A stretch of DNA of 64,000 nt from an uncultured Gemmatimonadales bacterium (lineage in GTDB: Bacteria > Gemmatimonadota > Gemmatimonadetes > Longimicrobiales > RSA9), in contig CAWAMW010000015.1 of assembly GCA_963783305.1 (NCBI GenBank), positions 55,767 through 119,766 on the forward strand. Direction: 5' to 3'. A program made the position numbers and the translations under genes. This document shows positions 53,977 to 63,659 of this stretch, one piece after another. The notes under the pieces are model-generated. The model did no database searches. It was given only the letters and a program-made list of their open reading frames with translations, and was not told the DNA's origin. Position 1 is the stretch's first letter. The number at the start of each line of letters is the position of its first letter.

Positions 53977-54030
53977 GCGCTACATGTTGTGCGGGGTAAG
54001 GAACATGCCACCATATGTTGTGGGTGTCAA
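53977..54030 (-). promoter_or_regulatory. two NrdR-box-like sites phased 31 bp apart, overlapping a TTGACA -35 element upstream of nrdJ
   Basis: On the gene strand, box 2 (54008..54023) is CCACAACATATGGTGG and box 1 (53977..53992) is GCACAACATGTAGCGC. By my own alignment they match the remembered NrdR consensus acaCwAtATaTwgtgt at about 12/16 and 10/16 positions. The shared core ATGTTGTG recurs exactly 31 bp apart. TTGACA (reverse complement of 54025..54030) abuts box 2. Confidence 0.45.
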
Positions 54031-54205
54031 GGCTCCCTTTCTGCACACTGTTATACACTTCAGAAGGCGTTGGTTTCCCTGCGGTTTCGGCGGTTTTCCA
54101 CACTCTCCACAGTCGCGGTTTCAACGATGCGGGGACGCGGGCATACCGCGATCGGGGCCCCCGCCCCACATTGTGGACCATGGCTTTCCCCGATCCCGGA
54201 TTCCG

Positions 54206-55033
54206 ATGACACCGAAGATCCTCGGACGCGTGCTCCACGCGTCCTTCAGGCCCGTGCTGCTGCTTCCCGCGGTGCTCCTGGCGCCGTCGTCCGCGAGCGC
54301 CCAGTTCGGGGCGGTGGAGGCGTTGGCGAGTCGCGTGTCCGACCTCGGTTTCTTTTACAGCCTGGGCGGGATCCAGAGCTCTCCCACGCTGCAGGGGGAT
54401 GCGCTGGGGGTGAAGTCGTTCGGCGTCGAGCTGCTGTTCGAGGTGGCGGAGATCCCGTCGTCAGCGGCCCGCCGCCGGGTGGCGGAAACGGGGTCGTCGG
54501 AGAGCTGGGTCCTGCGGGAGACGCGGGTGCGGGTGGGGGGAGATGGCGTGGACACCACGTACCATTATGATGTGGTGCATGAGCGGGGCGGCTACGGCCC
54601 GGACGACATCGAGTGGACGCTGGAGCTGGGAATCGGGTACGGCCAGGTGCAGGGTCTGGAGCTGCGGGATGCGGAGCTCGACCTGAACGCGACGATCCGG
54701 ACGCTCCCATCGCTGACCCTCTACCTCACGTACGAGCCGCTGGGCGCGTACCTGGGTCTGCGCACGGGGTTCATCCGGACGCACGCGATGCAGGTAAGGG
54801 ACGCGGCGGGCACGTTGTTCGACGGCGAGGCCGAGGCGTTCATGATGGGTGGCCTGGGCGGGTATGCGCTGTCGCTCGGGCCGACGTGGCTGTTCCTGGA
54901 ACTGGGCTATACCGAGCGCACGTTCCCCAGCGTGGAGTGGTCGGCGCCCGATGGACTGCCCGCCGGCGTGCCACGGGAGCTGGACGTGAGCGGCTGGGGC
55001 ATCACGGCCGGGCTCCAGTTCCCGATCAAGTAG
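54206..55033 (+). CDS. secreted hypothetical protein, possibly outer-membrane beta-barrel
   Basis: Internal ATG at 54206. The signal peptide ends ..LLAPSSASAQF. Alternating amphipathic beta-strand-like segments occur (FGVELLFEV, WTLELGIGYG, LTLYLTYEP, WLFLELGYTE, GITAGLQFPIK). No family is recognised. Confidence 0.5.
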   Translation: MTPKILGRVLHASFRPVLLLPAVLLAPSSASAQFGAVEALASRVSDLGFFYSLGGIQSSPTLQGDALGVKSFGVELLFEVAEIPSSAARRRVAETGSSESWVLRETRVRVGGDGVDTTYHYDVVHERGGYGPDDIEWTLELGIGYGQVQGLELRDAELDLNATIRTLPSLTLYLTYEPLGAYLGLRTGFIRTHAMQVRDAAGTLFDGEAEAFMMGGLGGYALSLGPTWLFLELGYTERTFPSVEWSAPDGLPAGVPRELDVSGWGITAGLQFPIK

Positions 55034-55071
55034 GAGGCGCGGCTAGCGCGGGTGCGTCGCGATCTCTTCCT

Positions 55072-55338
55072 TCATTCGGACCCTCCCTCGCTCCCGGTGC
55101 GGTCGGCGTCCTCGCGTGCGTCGCGGGCTCGCGCCAACTCGTCCTCGCGGCCCTCTTCGGAGGCCTGCCGTGACGTCTCCATGGCCTCGTTGGGCGTCTG
55201 ACTGGTGGCCTGGTTCGCCGGCAGGTCTTCCGAGTCCGTCTCCCTGTCGACGCCCTCCTCGGACTTCCGCCGCCACTTGTAGTCGCTCGCACCCGAATCG
55301 TCCTGGTCGATCTGATACTGGTCGGGGCGCTTCGTCAT
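55072..55338 (-). CDS. small acidic, disordered hydrophilin-like hypothetical protein
   Basis: ATG at 55338 follows GGGAGGAACAC. MTKRPDQYQIDQDDSGASDYKWRRKSEEGVDRETDSEDLP.. is 88 aa with no hydrophobic core. Confidence 0.5.
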   Translation of the reverse strand: MTKRPDQYQIDQDDSGASDYKWRRKSEEGVDRETDSEDLPANQATSQTPNEAMETSRQASEEGREDELARARDAREDADRTGSEGGSE

Positions 55339-55440
55339 GTGTTCCTCCCTGGAGGTGGAAATCGTTGGCGTGCACACCTTTACGGTTCAGGAATCATGCC
55401 GTGGGCGACCGTGCGTGAAAGTTGCACAGGGGTCACCGCC

Positions 55441-56634
55441 ATGAGAGAGCGAGCGGGTGCAGGAACGGGAGAGCGGCGCGTTGAAGTGGGCCGGGCACCA
55501 TGGTGGATGGCCGCCCGGGCGGCCGTTCGGATGGCGGCGCTGGCGCTGCCACTGGCGGCGTGTCAGGGCCGTGCGGCGATGCTGGAGGAGCTGGTGGCGA
55601 CCGACGACTGTCGGCGAACCGTGCTCCTGGGGCAGCCCGCCGAGGCGGCGGACACGCTGGAGTCGGACTCGGCGCGGCAGGCGCTGGCACGTGATCGGGC
55701 GGTGGACTGGCGGCTCCCCGCCGAGAGTCTGCAGGTAGTGCGACTGAACGCGTGGTGTGCGGCGGTGGGGCCGGCGGTGGTGGGCGGCTGGAGCGACACG
55801 GTCGGGGCGGCGGGGACGCTCCCGGTGGCGGACACGGTGCGGCTGGTCAGCTGGAACGTGCATGTGGGCGGCGGTGACCTTCGGGGCCTGGTGAAGGACC
55901 TGCGGGAAGGCCGCCTCACCGGCGGCCGGCCGGTCGAGCACTTCGTCCTGCTGCTCCAGGAGGCGTACCGCGGGGGCGATCTGGTTCCGGCGCACGACCC
56001 GCTCGAGCCCAGCGGCTCGGGGGTAACGGAGGGCCCGCCCGGCGGCCAGCGGGAGGACATCGTCGCGCTTGCGAAGCGGCTGAATCTGTGGCTCGTCTAC
56101 GTCCCATCGATGCGGAACGGCGAGGAGGAGGACCGGGGCAACGCGATCCTCTCCACGCTCCCGCTGGAGTCCCCGGTGGCCGTGGAGCTGCCTGTGGCGC
56201 GGCAGCGGCGGGTGGCGGTGGCGGCCCAGCTCTCCGGTCGCACCCGGGCCGGTCGGCCGTGGCGGCTGCAGGTGGCGAGCGTGCACCTGGAGAGCAGCCC
56301 ATCGGGCTGGTCGAGCGACGAGGGCCAGCGGCTGGAGCAGGCGAAGGCGCTGCTGGAGCTGCTGCCGGGGGCGGAGTCGGCGGTCGCGGCGGGCGACTTC
56401 AACACGAAGACCCGGGGTACGGCGGAGGCGCTCATCCGGCCCATGCTCCGGGCGTATCCCGACACCCCGTCCTTCCCGCCGGGCCCCACGTACCGCAGGG
56501 CGTACGGCCTGTACCGCGAGTACCTGGACTACATCTTCTTCCGGCTCCCAGCGGACGCCGAGGGCGGGTACGATCGGGTGGCGCTGCCCTATGCGTCGGA
56601 CCACTACCCGCTGGTGGGCTGGGTCGGCTGGTAG
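55441..56634 (+). CDS. endonuclease/exonuclease/phosphatase (EEP) family lipoprotein
   Basis: The lipobox is LALPLAACQG. VRLVSWNVHVGGGD, ..LLLQEA.., GNAILS, ..VASVHLES.., GDFNT and the C-terminal SDHYPLVG are the EEP catalytic motifs. The start (55441 or a downstream ATG) is uncertain. Confidence 0.75.
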   Translation: MRERAGAGTGERRVEVGRAPWWMAARAAVRMAALALPLAACQGRAAMLEELVATDDCRRTVLLGQPAEAADTLESDSARQALARDRAVDWRLPAESLQVVRLNAWCAAVGPAVVGGWSDTVGAAGTLPVADTVRLVSWNVHVGGGDLRGLVKDLREGRLTGGRPVEHFVLLLQEAYRGGDLVPAHDPLEPSGSGVTEGPPGGQREDIVALAKRLNLWLVYVPSMRNGEEEDRGNAILSTLPLESPVAVELPVARQRRVAVAAQLSGRTRAGRPWRLQVASVHLESSPSGWSSDEGQRLEQAKALLELLPGAESAVAAGDFNTKTRGTAEALIRPMLRAYPDTPSFPPGPTYRRAYGLYREYLDYIFFRLPADAEGGYDRVALPYASDHYPLVGWVGW

Positions 56635-56662
56635 GCGGCGCGTGCCGGGCCAGCGGCACCGC

Positions 56663-59600
56663 TCAGAACGCCGAGCCGAACGCCGCGTAGACCGAGGGGG
56701 TCCCGCCGTCCCGGGTCTCGGCCACCCCGAGGCGGAAGATCCCGCTCGCATTGTGGAACGCGCCGAAGTCCAGCACGAGCTCGGCGCCGGCCGACGCAAG
56801 CGGGCTCAGCGATCCGTCCGCACAGGCGTGGAAGCTCTCCTCGCGCTGCGTCTCGGAGCACCACGCGTCGCCGGCGTCGGCGAAGAGCGTGCCGGCAACG
56901 GACGTGAGGGAGAACCCCAGGATCCCGCCGGGAGCCGGCCGCAACTGGATCGGGAAGCGCCACTCGGCGCTGGCGGCCCACGCGCGGGTCCCGCGGCGCA
57001 CGCCGGAGGCGTAGCCCCGGACCGGGAGGAAGCTCCCGTCCGGGGGGGTGAACGCGAAGAGGGGCGTCGAGCCGGTGGGCACCCCGCCCACGGACCGGGT
57101 GAACGCCTCATCGCCTTCCCGGAGCACGCCGGCGACCCGCCCAGCGAGCACGTGGTCCGCGAAGCCCCACCCTCGGAAATCCAGGTAGGTCGCGAAGCGT
57201 CCGACCAGCTCATCGTACGCCCGTCCACCGGTCGTCGTGTTCCACCAGCGCCCCGCCGAGAACGACCCCGACACCCCGTCCTCGCCGCTGATGGAGTACG
57301 GGTAGCGGCGCGCGTTGGAGAAGCCGGGTCCCCCCGAGACGCCCACGGTGGGGTCGAACTGCCGGAGCTCCCAGCCGGCCGACAGCAGCTCCGCCGGGGT
57401 CATGTCGTGGGGCACGTTCTCGAGCCACTCCGCCTCGACGCCCATCCGGAGCCACCCCGTGCCGCGCCAGCGAGGCCGGACCAGGAACGCATCCAGCGAC
57501 AGCTCGTCGGTCCGGCGATAGATCGCCTCCGCGCTGCCGTCGGTGACCTCGACGCTGCCCAGGTAGCTCCAGTCACGGCGCGCCTGCGCGGTCAGCTCCA
57601 GCGGCGCGAGCCGGCGGTAGGTCCACGACCCGCGCCCCTGGAAGCGGCCGCTGCCGAGCTCCAGCGCGGCGGCCAGCGACCAGGCGTGCCTCCCCACGAG
57701 ATCCGCACCGGCCGTGCTCAGCCCCAGAAAGTGGTGCGAGCCGCCGGTCGTCGAGAACGACTGCCATTCGGGAAGCCAGAAGTACGGCCGCGCGGTCGGC
57801 CACGGCGAGTAGGGAGCGGCGGATCCCCCCGCCGCGGGTCCCGCCGCGGCCTCGCCCCCGGTCCGCGGAAGCATTCCGTCGGCGAAACCGAGCACGGCGT
57901 CCTCCGCCGCCGGCCACTCCCGCGGTTGCAGGGGCATGGCCTCGATCCGCCACCCGTCGTGGTGGTACACGGACGTGTAGAGGGTGCGTCCGTCCGGCGA
58001 CACCTCGGGGTCGAACGCCCCCGTGAGCACGTTGGTGACCTGCCGGATGTCGCCGTCTCCGTCCATGGGCGCGGCGAGGATGTTGGGTATGCCCGAGCGG
58101 TCCGACCACCAGAGCAGCCAGCGGCCGTCCGGGGACCACGCCGGCGACAGGTCGAGGGCGTCGTCGTCGGTGAGGGTCCGGACCGCGCCGGTCGCGACGT
58201 CCACCACCACCATGTCCACGCGTCCGCCGACATAGCGCCCGGCGGCGATGGTGCGGCCGTCCGGGCCCCAGCGCGGCCCGTCGAAGGCGTCGCCCGGCGC
58301 GGCGTCGGCGAGGACGCGTGTCTCGTGGGTCTCGAGGTCGTGGACGACCAGGCGGATCCCGCCCTCGTGGCTCTGAACCGCGGCCACCCGCGACCGTCGG
58401 GAGCCACGTCGGGCTGCGCGAGGCGAAGCCCGTCGGTGAGCCGGCGCTCGCGGCCGTCCAGGTCGAGTCGCCAGAGGTCGCTGTAGATCCGGTACGGCCC
58501 CTGCCGCTCGAGCTGCGCCACGATCATCCCCGAGCCGTCCGGGAGCCACGCGGCAGGCCCGAGGTAGGCGCCGAACTGGTTCCGCTCGGCCACGGTGACG
58601 GTGCGGCGCGACGAGAGGTCGGTCACGCGCGTGGCCGGGGGGAGCGGTAGTCGTCGCTGGCGAAGGAGAGGGCGCGGCCGTCGGGCGACACCCGCGGGGC
58701 GGCGGCGTACGGCCCGTCCCCCGCCACGGGCTCGGTGGTGGTGAGCCCCCGCGCGGTGAGGCGTTCCGCGACGGCACGGGCATCGGCGGTGGCCTGCCGC
58801 CGCCAGTCGTCGTAGATGGCGTCGAAAGGTCGCCCGAGGGCGTTGTCGGCCACGTGGTCGAAGAAGAGGAACGTGGGGCGGATCGATCCGCCGGTGGCCT
58901 CGATGAGGGCGCGGTGGGCATCGGGGCCATAGTGGTCGGCGATGTACGCCATGAGCCGTGAGCCGTAGCCGTAGCTCCGCTGTCCGCCCGGCCACGCGGG
59001 GTGCGGATCACTGAGGTGATCCAGGTCGGGGATGCGGGCTTCGAGCGCCGCCGTCCGAATGATCATCTCGTGGAAGCTGCCGGGGATCCGGCCGCCACCG
59101 GTGATCCGGGACTCGTAGTAGGTGGCCAGCCCCTCCACGTTCCACGCGGGCGACCCGGCCACGGGGAACACCGGCCAGAGCGCCGGCACGCGGCCTAGCA
59201 CCGCGCGCACCGCCCCGCCCACCTCTCCCGTCTCCTCCAGGTGGAAGATGTGGACGAGCTCGTGGACCACCACCAGCTCCAGCCAGTCCCGGGAAAACGC
59301 CAGCTGCGGCACGCCCGCGGGCGGCCTGGCGTATACGGTGATCCGGCTGGAGGGGAAGTACGTGGCCATCCCGTTCGAGTAGTCCACGTGGTCGGTGATG
59401 AGCAGGTCGATACGGTGTGCCGGCGCGTTCCCGATCTCCTCCCGGAGAAGGTCGTACGCCCGCTCCGCCGTGACGGCCGCCCTGCGCGCCAGCGGCTCCA
59501 GCTCCGGGGTGTAGGTGACGCGGAATCGCTCCGTGGAGAACGTGCGCCAGTCCGCGCCAGGGGGCGGGCTCTGCGCAGCGGCGGCCGCGGGGAGGAGGGT

Positions 59601-59729
59601 GAGGGCCACGGCGCACGCCACCAGCAAGAGCCCGTAGAACGTCCGTCGTCGCGCCAGCGGGCGCCGCGCGCTCAGCCGCCAAGGTCGGCCGCACGTCCAG
59701 GGGCCGGACGCCGCTCCAGCCCTACTCAC
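56663..59729 (-). pseudogene. HExxH peptidase-like domain + TolB-like PD40 beta-propeller + C-terminal Omp85-like beta-barrel, interrupted by two -1 frameshifts
   Basis: There are three consecutive coding-like segments in three frames. Frame A (59729 to about 58640) has a signal peptide, VVVHELVHIFHLEE and ..PRVSPDGRALSFASDDYRS. Frame B (about 58640 to 58390) reads TRVTDLSSRRTVTVAERNQFG..WLPDGSGMIV..QPDVAPDG. Frame C (about 58390 to 56663) reads RVAAVQSHEGGIRLVVHDL.., further xPDGR repeats, then a beta-barrel ending ..VYAAFGSAF. The first shift is at a G6 run (58637..58642) and the second near 58385..58400. Each needs one extra base to restore the frame. Confidence 0.6.
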
Positions 59730-61833
59730 GGATCGCGCGCAGCCACGCCTCGATCCCCCGCACGTGGGCCTCCGCGATCCGTCGCTGCCCCTCCGGGCTG
59801 CCCAGGAAGGCCTCCTGTGCGGGGATCATCATGAACGCGTTCTCGGTCAGGATCGAGGGGGCCCACGTGAAGCGGGCCTGGTGGAGGTCGGCGCGGCCGA
59901 CCCCCAGGTCCCGGAGCCCCATCTCGGCCAGCAGCTCGCGCTGGACCGCCCACGCCAGCCCGGCGGCGCGCGGGTGGTTGAAATAGACGCTGGTGCCGTT
60001 GTTCTCCCACGGATTCACGCCGTCGGGGAAGGCGTTGTTGTGCACGCTGACCCACAGGTCCACGTTCCGCTCCCGCGCGAGCGTCGTGCGCTCCACGAGG
60101 GACGCGGTCTCGTCGTCGCGGCGGGTCATGACCACCGTGGCCCCGCGCGCTTCGAGAAGCGCCTCGAGTGCCAGCGCGATGCCGAGGTTGGCGTCGGCCT
60201 CGGTCAGGCCGGTGGGCCCCATGGTATAGCGGTCCGCGCCGCCGTGGCCCGCGTCGACGCCCACGACGAGGCCCCGGAGCGGGTCGGACGCGTCGATGGC
60301 GGGCGGGCGCTTCACCCGCAGGACCAGGTCGTCGCCATCCGTCCAGAACGTTTCGTAGCCCCACGGCAGACCCGTGAGGTGGAGGTCCAGTCGGAAGAGC
60401 CGGTCCGATGGCTGTCTCCATTCCGACCGGTAGATGTACGGGTCGACACGCCCGTGCTGGAGGAAGTTGGCCCGACTGGTGGCGCCGTAGACGAGGAGGG
60501 AGAGCGACCGTTCGTCCTCCTCCACGGCGTACGGGAGCCGCCGGTCGAGCGCGACGTGCACGTCGATCCACTCCGGCTGTGGGTCCAGCCTCACCGTGGC
60601 GACCCGCGAGGTGGGCGGCTGGGTCCCGGGCGGCTGGAGCCGGGTGTCCCCGGCCGGGGTCCAGGCGTGGAGGTCATCGGTCAGCCGAACGCGGTAGGCG
60701 CCGTTCCGCTCGCCCGTCAGCTCCAGTTCCACCCCGTTCCGCCACGTGTAGTGGTACGGACCGCCGCCCGGTCCCGGGCGCGCGATCACGTGCTGATCCC
60801 CATTCTCGTCCGGCGCGTCCGGGTCCCAGCCGGTGCCCACCCGCGGACGCTGGGGGTCGGCGAGCAGGAGGTTGAGCGGCAGGGGCACGACCGCCGTATC
60901 GCCTCGCACGGCGAGGACCAGGGCGGCGCCCGTCCCCTGGGGCCGAGCGACCGCGCGGCGGATCCTGGCCGCCGTGCTGTTCCCGGCCTCCTCGGCGCTC
61001 GCCGCACCCCGCGGTGCCCCCGCGGCGCGCTCGCGCTCCCGGAACTCGGACTCCCGCGGCAGCGACGGCCGGGGCTCGCCTGTGAGCGCCGGCCACGCCG
61101 TGGTGGTGTCACCGCTGAGGATGCGCCGCGCGGTGAAGAACCCACCGTACGCGGCCAGGCCTCCGGGGGCGGAGGGGTCGGCCGCACCGGGCTGTACCTC
61201 GAAGTCCGTCGCGCTCGGCGCCGCCGTCAGGGCGCGCTCCACCAGCGGGACCCGCTCTCCGTCCGCCAGCTCCAGCCACGCCCGTCCACCGGCGGTCCCG
61301 GTGAACGACACGTCGATCCTCTCGCCGGGAAGCACGACCCACGCTCCCGCGGGGCTCGCTGAGGCGGGGACGATCCGGGCGTCGGCAGCGGCGGCCATCG
61401 GAGCCGTGGCGGGCGGCAGCTTCACCGGGACTTCCAGCGTCTGCTCCTGCCCGCCGAGCGTCGCCCGCAGCCGGTAGACACCGTCACCGGGGACGGGAAT
61501 GAAGGCGAGGAATCCGCCGTTCGGCTGTACGTCCACCGGCTCCCCATTGATCCAGACGCGGGCACCGCCATGGCCGGTCGAGCCGAAGATGAAGTTGCGG
61601 TTGCGCGTGCTGATGGCCGCGGAGTCCCGCGGATAGCTTACCCGGAGGTCCAACGGGCCCTCGACGGCCGGGATCGGGGCCAGCGAAGGCGCGGGTGGCT
61701 GCGGCCCCACCTCTTCCCACCCCGCCGGCTGATCGGGGGTTCGTCCGGGGGCGGTGGCGCATGAGGCGGTGAGGGCCAGGAGGGCGGAGACCGCGAGGGC
61801 GGAGGGTGCGGATCGGAGCATGGGGCTATTCAT
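59722..61833 (-). CDS. N-acetylmuramoyl-L-alanine amidase (Amidase_3) lipoprotein with large N-terminal beta-rich region
   Basis: ATG at 61833 (or 61821). The lipobox is LALTASCAT. The C-terminal VVGVDAGHGGADRYTMGPTGLTEADANL..DLWVSVHNNA..GTSVYF.. is the AmiA/B/C-type zinc amidase domain. The stop overlaps the start of the downstream frameshifted gene by 8 nt. Confidence 0.85.
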   Translation of the reverse strand: MNSPMLRSAPSALAVSALLALTASCATAPGRTPDQPAGWEEVGPQPPAPSLAPIPAVEGPLDLRVSYPRDSAAISTRNRNFIFGSTGHGGARVWINGEPVDVQPNGGFLAFIPVPGDGVYRLRATLGGQEQTLEVPVKLPPATAPMAAAADARIVPASASPAGAWVVLPGERIDVSFTGTAGGRAWLELADGERVPLVERALTAAPSATDFEVQPGAADPSAPGGLAAYGGFFTARRILSGDTTTAWPALTGEPRPSLPRESEFRERERAAGAPRGAASAEEAGNSTAARIRRAVARPQGTGAALVLAVRGDTAVVPLPLNLLLADPQRPRVGTGWDPDAPDENGDQHVIARPGPGGGPYHYTWRNGVELELTGERNGAYRVRLTDDLHAWTPAGDTRLQPPGTQPPTSRVATVRLDPQPEWIDVHVALDRRLPYAVEEDERSLSLLVYGATSRANFLQHGRVDPYIYRSEWRQPSDRLFRLDLHLTGLPWGYETFWTDGDDLVLRVKRPPAIDASDPLRGLVVGVDAGHGGADRYTMGPTGLTEADANLGIALALEALLEARGATVVMTRRDDETASLVERTTLARERNVDLWVSVHNNAFPDGVNPWENNGTSVYFNHPRAAGLAWAVQRELLAEMGLRDLGVGRADLHQARFTWAPSILTENAFMMIPAQEAFLGSPEGQRRIAEAHVRGIEAWLRAIRE

Positions 61834-62026
61834 GATCGCTGGACAATGGTCGGAAAAGGTCGCGTACGCTCGACAGGCGACTGCGAAGTTCGCGCCAGAG
61901 CACTCGCCGGTCCCCGAGGAAGGCGCCGCGGCGGGTGAACCGCCAGTACATGGTTCGGATGTTGCTTCGGCTCGGGTCGTTCGAGGCCGCTCACCGGGAG
62001 CATAACCCCCAGGGAACAGGAACCTC

Positions 62027-63571
62027 ATGCACTTTGCGGACTGGATCGTCCTCGGTCTCTACATCGTCGTCATCGTGGGGATTGGCTTCTGGGCCAATCG
62101 GCAACAGACAGACACCGAGGCCTATTTCGTCGGCAACCGGAGCGTCCGCTGGTGGGCGGCCGGGATCTCCATCATCGCCACCTCCTTCTCGGCCGCATCC
62201 ATCCTGGGCGTGCCCGGCTACGCTTTCAGCGACGACATGTGGTACCTGCAGTACCAGATCGGGGACATCCTGGCCGCCGTGATCGTCGTGGTACTCTTCA
62301 TCCCCTTCTTCCACAGCGTCCGCGGGCTCACCACGGCCTACGAGTACCTGGAAACCCGGTTCGACCTCAAGACGCGGCTGCTCGGCTCCTCCCTCTTCAG
62401 CCTCACGGTTCTGCTGCGGGCGGGAACGCTCCTCTACGGCGCGGCACTGCTGTTCTCCGCCGTCGTGCCCACGACGCTGATCCCCGGGCTGAACGGCGTG
62501 GAAGAGGCGGTGGTCATCTTCGGCGTCATCGCCATCATCTACACGGTGATGGGCGGGATCTCCGCGGTGATCTGGACCGACGTGGTCCAGTTCTCGATCA
62601 TGAGCATCGGGATCTTCGCGTGCATGGCCGTGGTCGTGGCTGGCACACCGGGCGGCTGGCAGACGGCCTTTGCCCAGGCGGATGCTCTCGGGAAGCTGGA
62701 CGTGGTGCACATCGCGGAGCCCTTGGGCGGGAAGGGGCTGCTCACGGCCATCTTCGGCTACGGTCTGCTGGCGCTGTCGCTGTTCGGGACCAACCAGCAG
62801 CCGGTGCAGCGGTACATGACCGTAAAGGAGCCGCGGGAAGCGCAGAAGGCGCTGCTCCTCGGTGTGGCCACCGGCGCGCTGGGCGTGCTGCTGTCGCTGC
62901 TCCTGGGCGTGTTCCTGTTCATCTTCTACGAGCACTTCCCCACGCTGCTGCCCGCCGATCTCACGGCCGATCAGGTGATGCCGCACTTCGTCCGCACCGA
63001 AGTCCCGCCCATCCTCACGGGCGCACTGGTTGCGGCCGTCTTCGCGGCGGCCATGTCCAGCCTCGACTCAGCGCTGAACTCGCTCTCCGCGGCCCTGACC
63101 GTCGACTTCCTCGCCCGGTTCAGGCCTCAGGTCACCGAGCAGAAGCGCCTGCTCTTCGCCAAGGTCGTGGTGGTCACCGCCGGCATCCTCGGCATCGTCG
63201 TGGGGATCTACGCCTCCCGTACGGAGGCGCTTCTCATCGACATGATCCTGTCCTTCATGGGCTACTTCGCGGGTGGCCTGCTGGGCCTGTTCCTGCTCGG
63301 CATGCTCACACGGCGGGCCAACGGTACCGGCGCCTTCACCGGCGCCATCATCGGCACACTGGTGGTCCTGATGGTGACGGAGAACGACTTCCGGCTGCCG
63401 CGCCTCTACGAGCTGCTCGGGTTCGAGGCGGTTCCCTTCATCTGGTCCACCGCAATCGGTCTCGCCGTGACCCTGGTGGTGGGCTACCTTCTCTCCCTCC
63501 CTGGAGGCCGCGTCCCGGCGCATCGGCTGGAGACCACCACCATGCGCGGGAGCCCCGGGCCGAACGGTTGA
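62027..63571 (+). CDS. sodium:solute symporter (SSS) family transporter
   Basis: MHFADWIVLGLYIVVIVGIGFWANRQQTDTEAYFVGNRSVRWWAAGISIIATSFSAASILGVPG.. is the typical SSS N-terminus, with about 13 TM helices. Confidence 0.9.
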   Translation: MHFADWIVLGLYIVVIVGIGFWANRQQTDTEAYFVGNRSVRWWAAGISIIATSFSAASILGVPGYAFSDDMWYLQYQIGDILAAVIVVVLFIPFFHSVRGLTTAYEYLETRFDLKTRLLGSSLFSLTVLLRAGTLLYGAALLFSAVVPTTLIPGLNGVEEAVVIFGVIAIIYTVMGGISAVIWTDVVQFSIMSIGIFACMAVVVAGTPGGWQTAFAQADALGKLDVVHIAEPLGGKGLLTAIFGYGLLALSLFGTNQQPVQRYMTVKEPREAQKALLLGVATGALGVLLSLLLGVFLFIFYEHFPTLLPADLTADQVMPHFVRTEVPPILTGALVAAVFAAAMSSLDSALNSLSAALTVDFLARFRPQVTEQKRLLFAKVVVVTAGILGIVVGIYASRTEALLIDMILSFMGYFAGGLLGLFLLGMLTRRANGTGAFTGAIIGTLVVLMVTENDFRLPRLYELLGFEAVPFIWSTAIGLAVTLVVGYLLSLPGGRVPAHRLETTTMRGSPGPNG

Positions 63572-63659
63572 CCGCCGGGGCTGATGGCCACCCCGGCAGG
63601 CATGGGCGTTGCACGGGGCGGGGGACGAACCACTACGGCGTATCCAGCAGGAGGAACCG

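Noticed and set aside
53845-54205. Cobalamin riboswitch or other riboswitch in the nrdJ 5' region, and the ORFs at 53882..54238 (-), 53989..54570 (+) and 54015..54209 (+)
   Set aside because: I could not find a B12-box-like sequence or the expected multi-stem architecture. A B12-dependent enzyme is also not the usual riboswitch target. The ORFs lie in the AT-rich promoter region and have no coding features.
55387-56799. 470-aa minus-strand ORF
   Set aside because: It is antisense to the EEP-family gene (catalytic motifs are in the plus frame), and its product is Arg/Pro/His-rich.
59764-61362. 532-aa plus-strand ORF, and the 281-aa minus-strand alternate-frame ORF at 59726..60571
   Set aside because: They are antisense or out of frame relative to the Amidase_3 gene.
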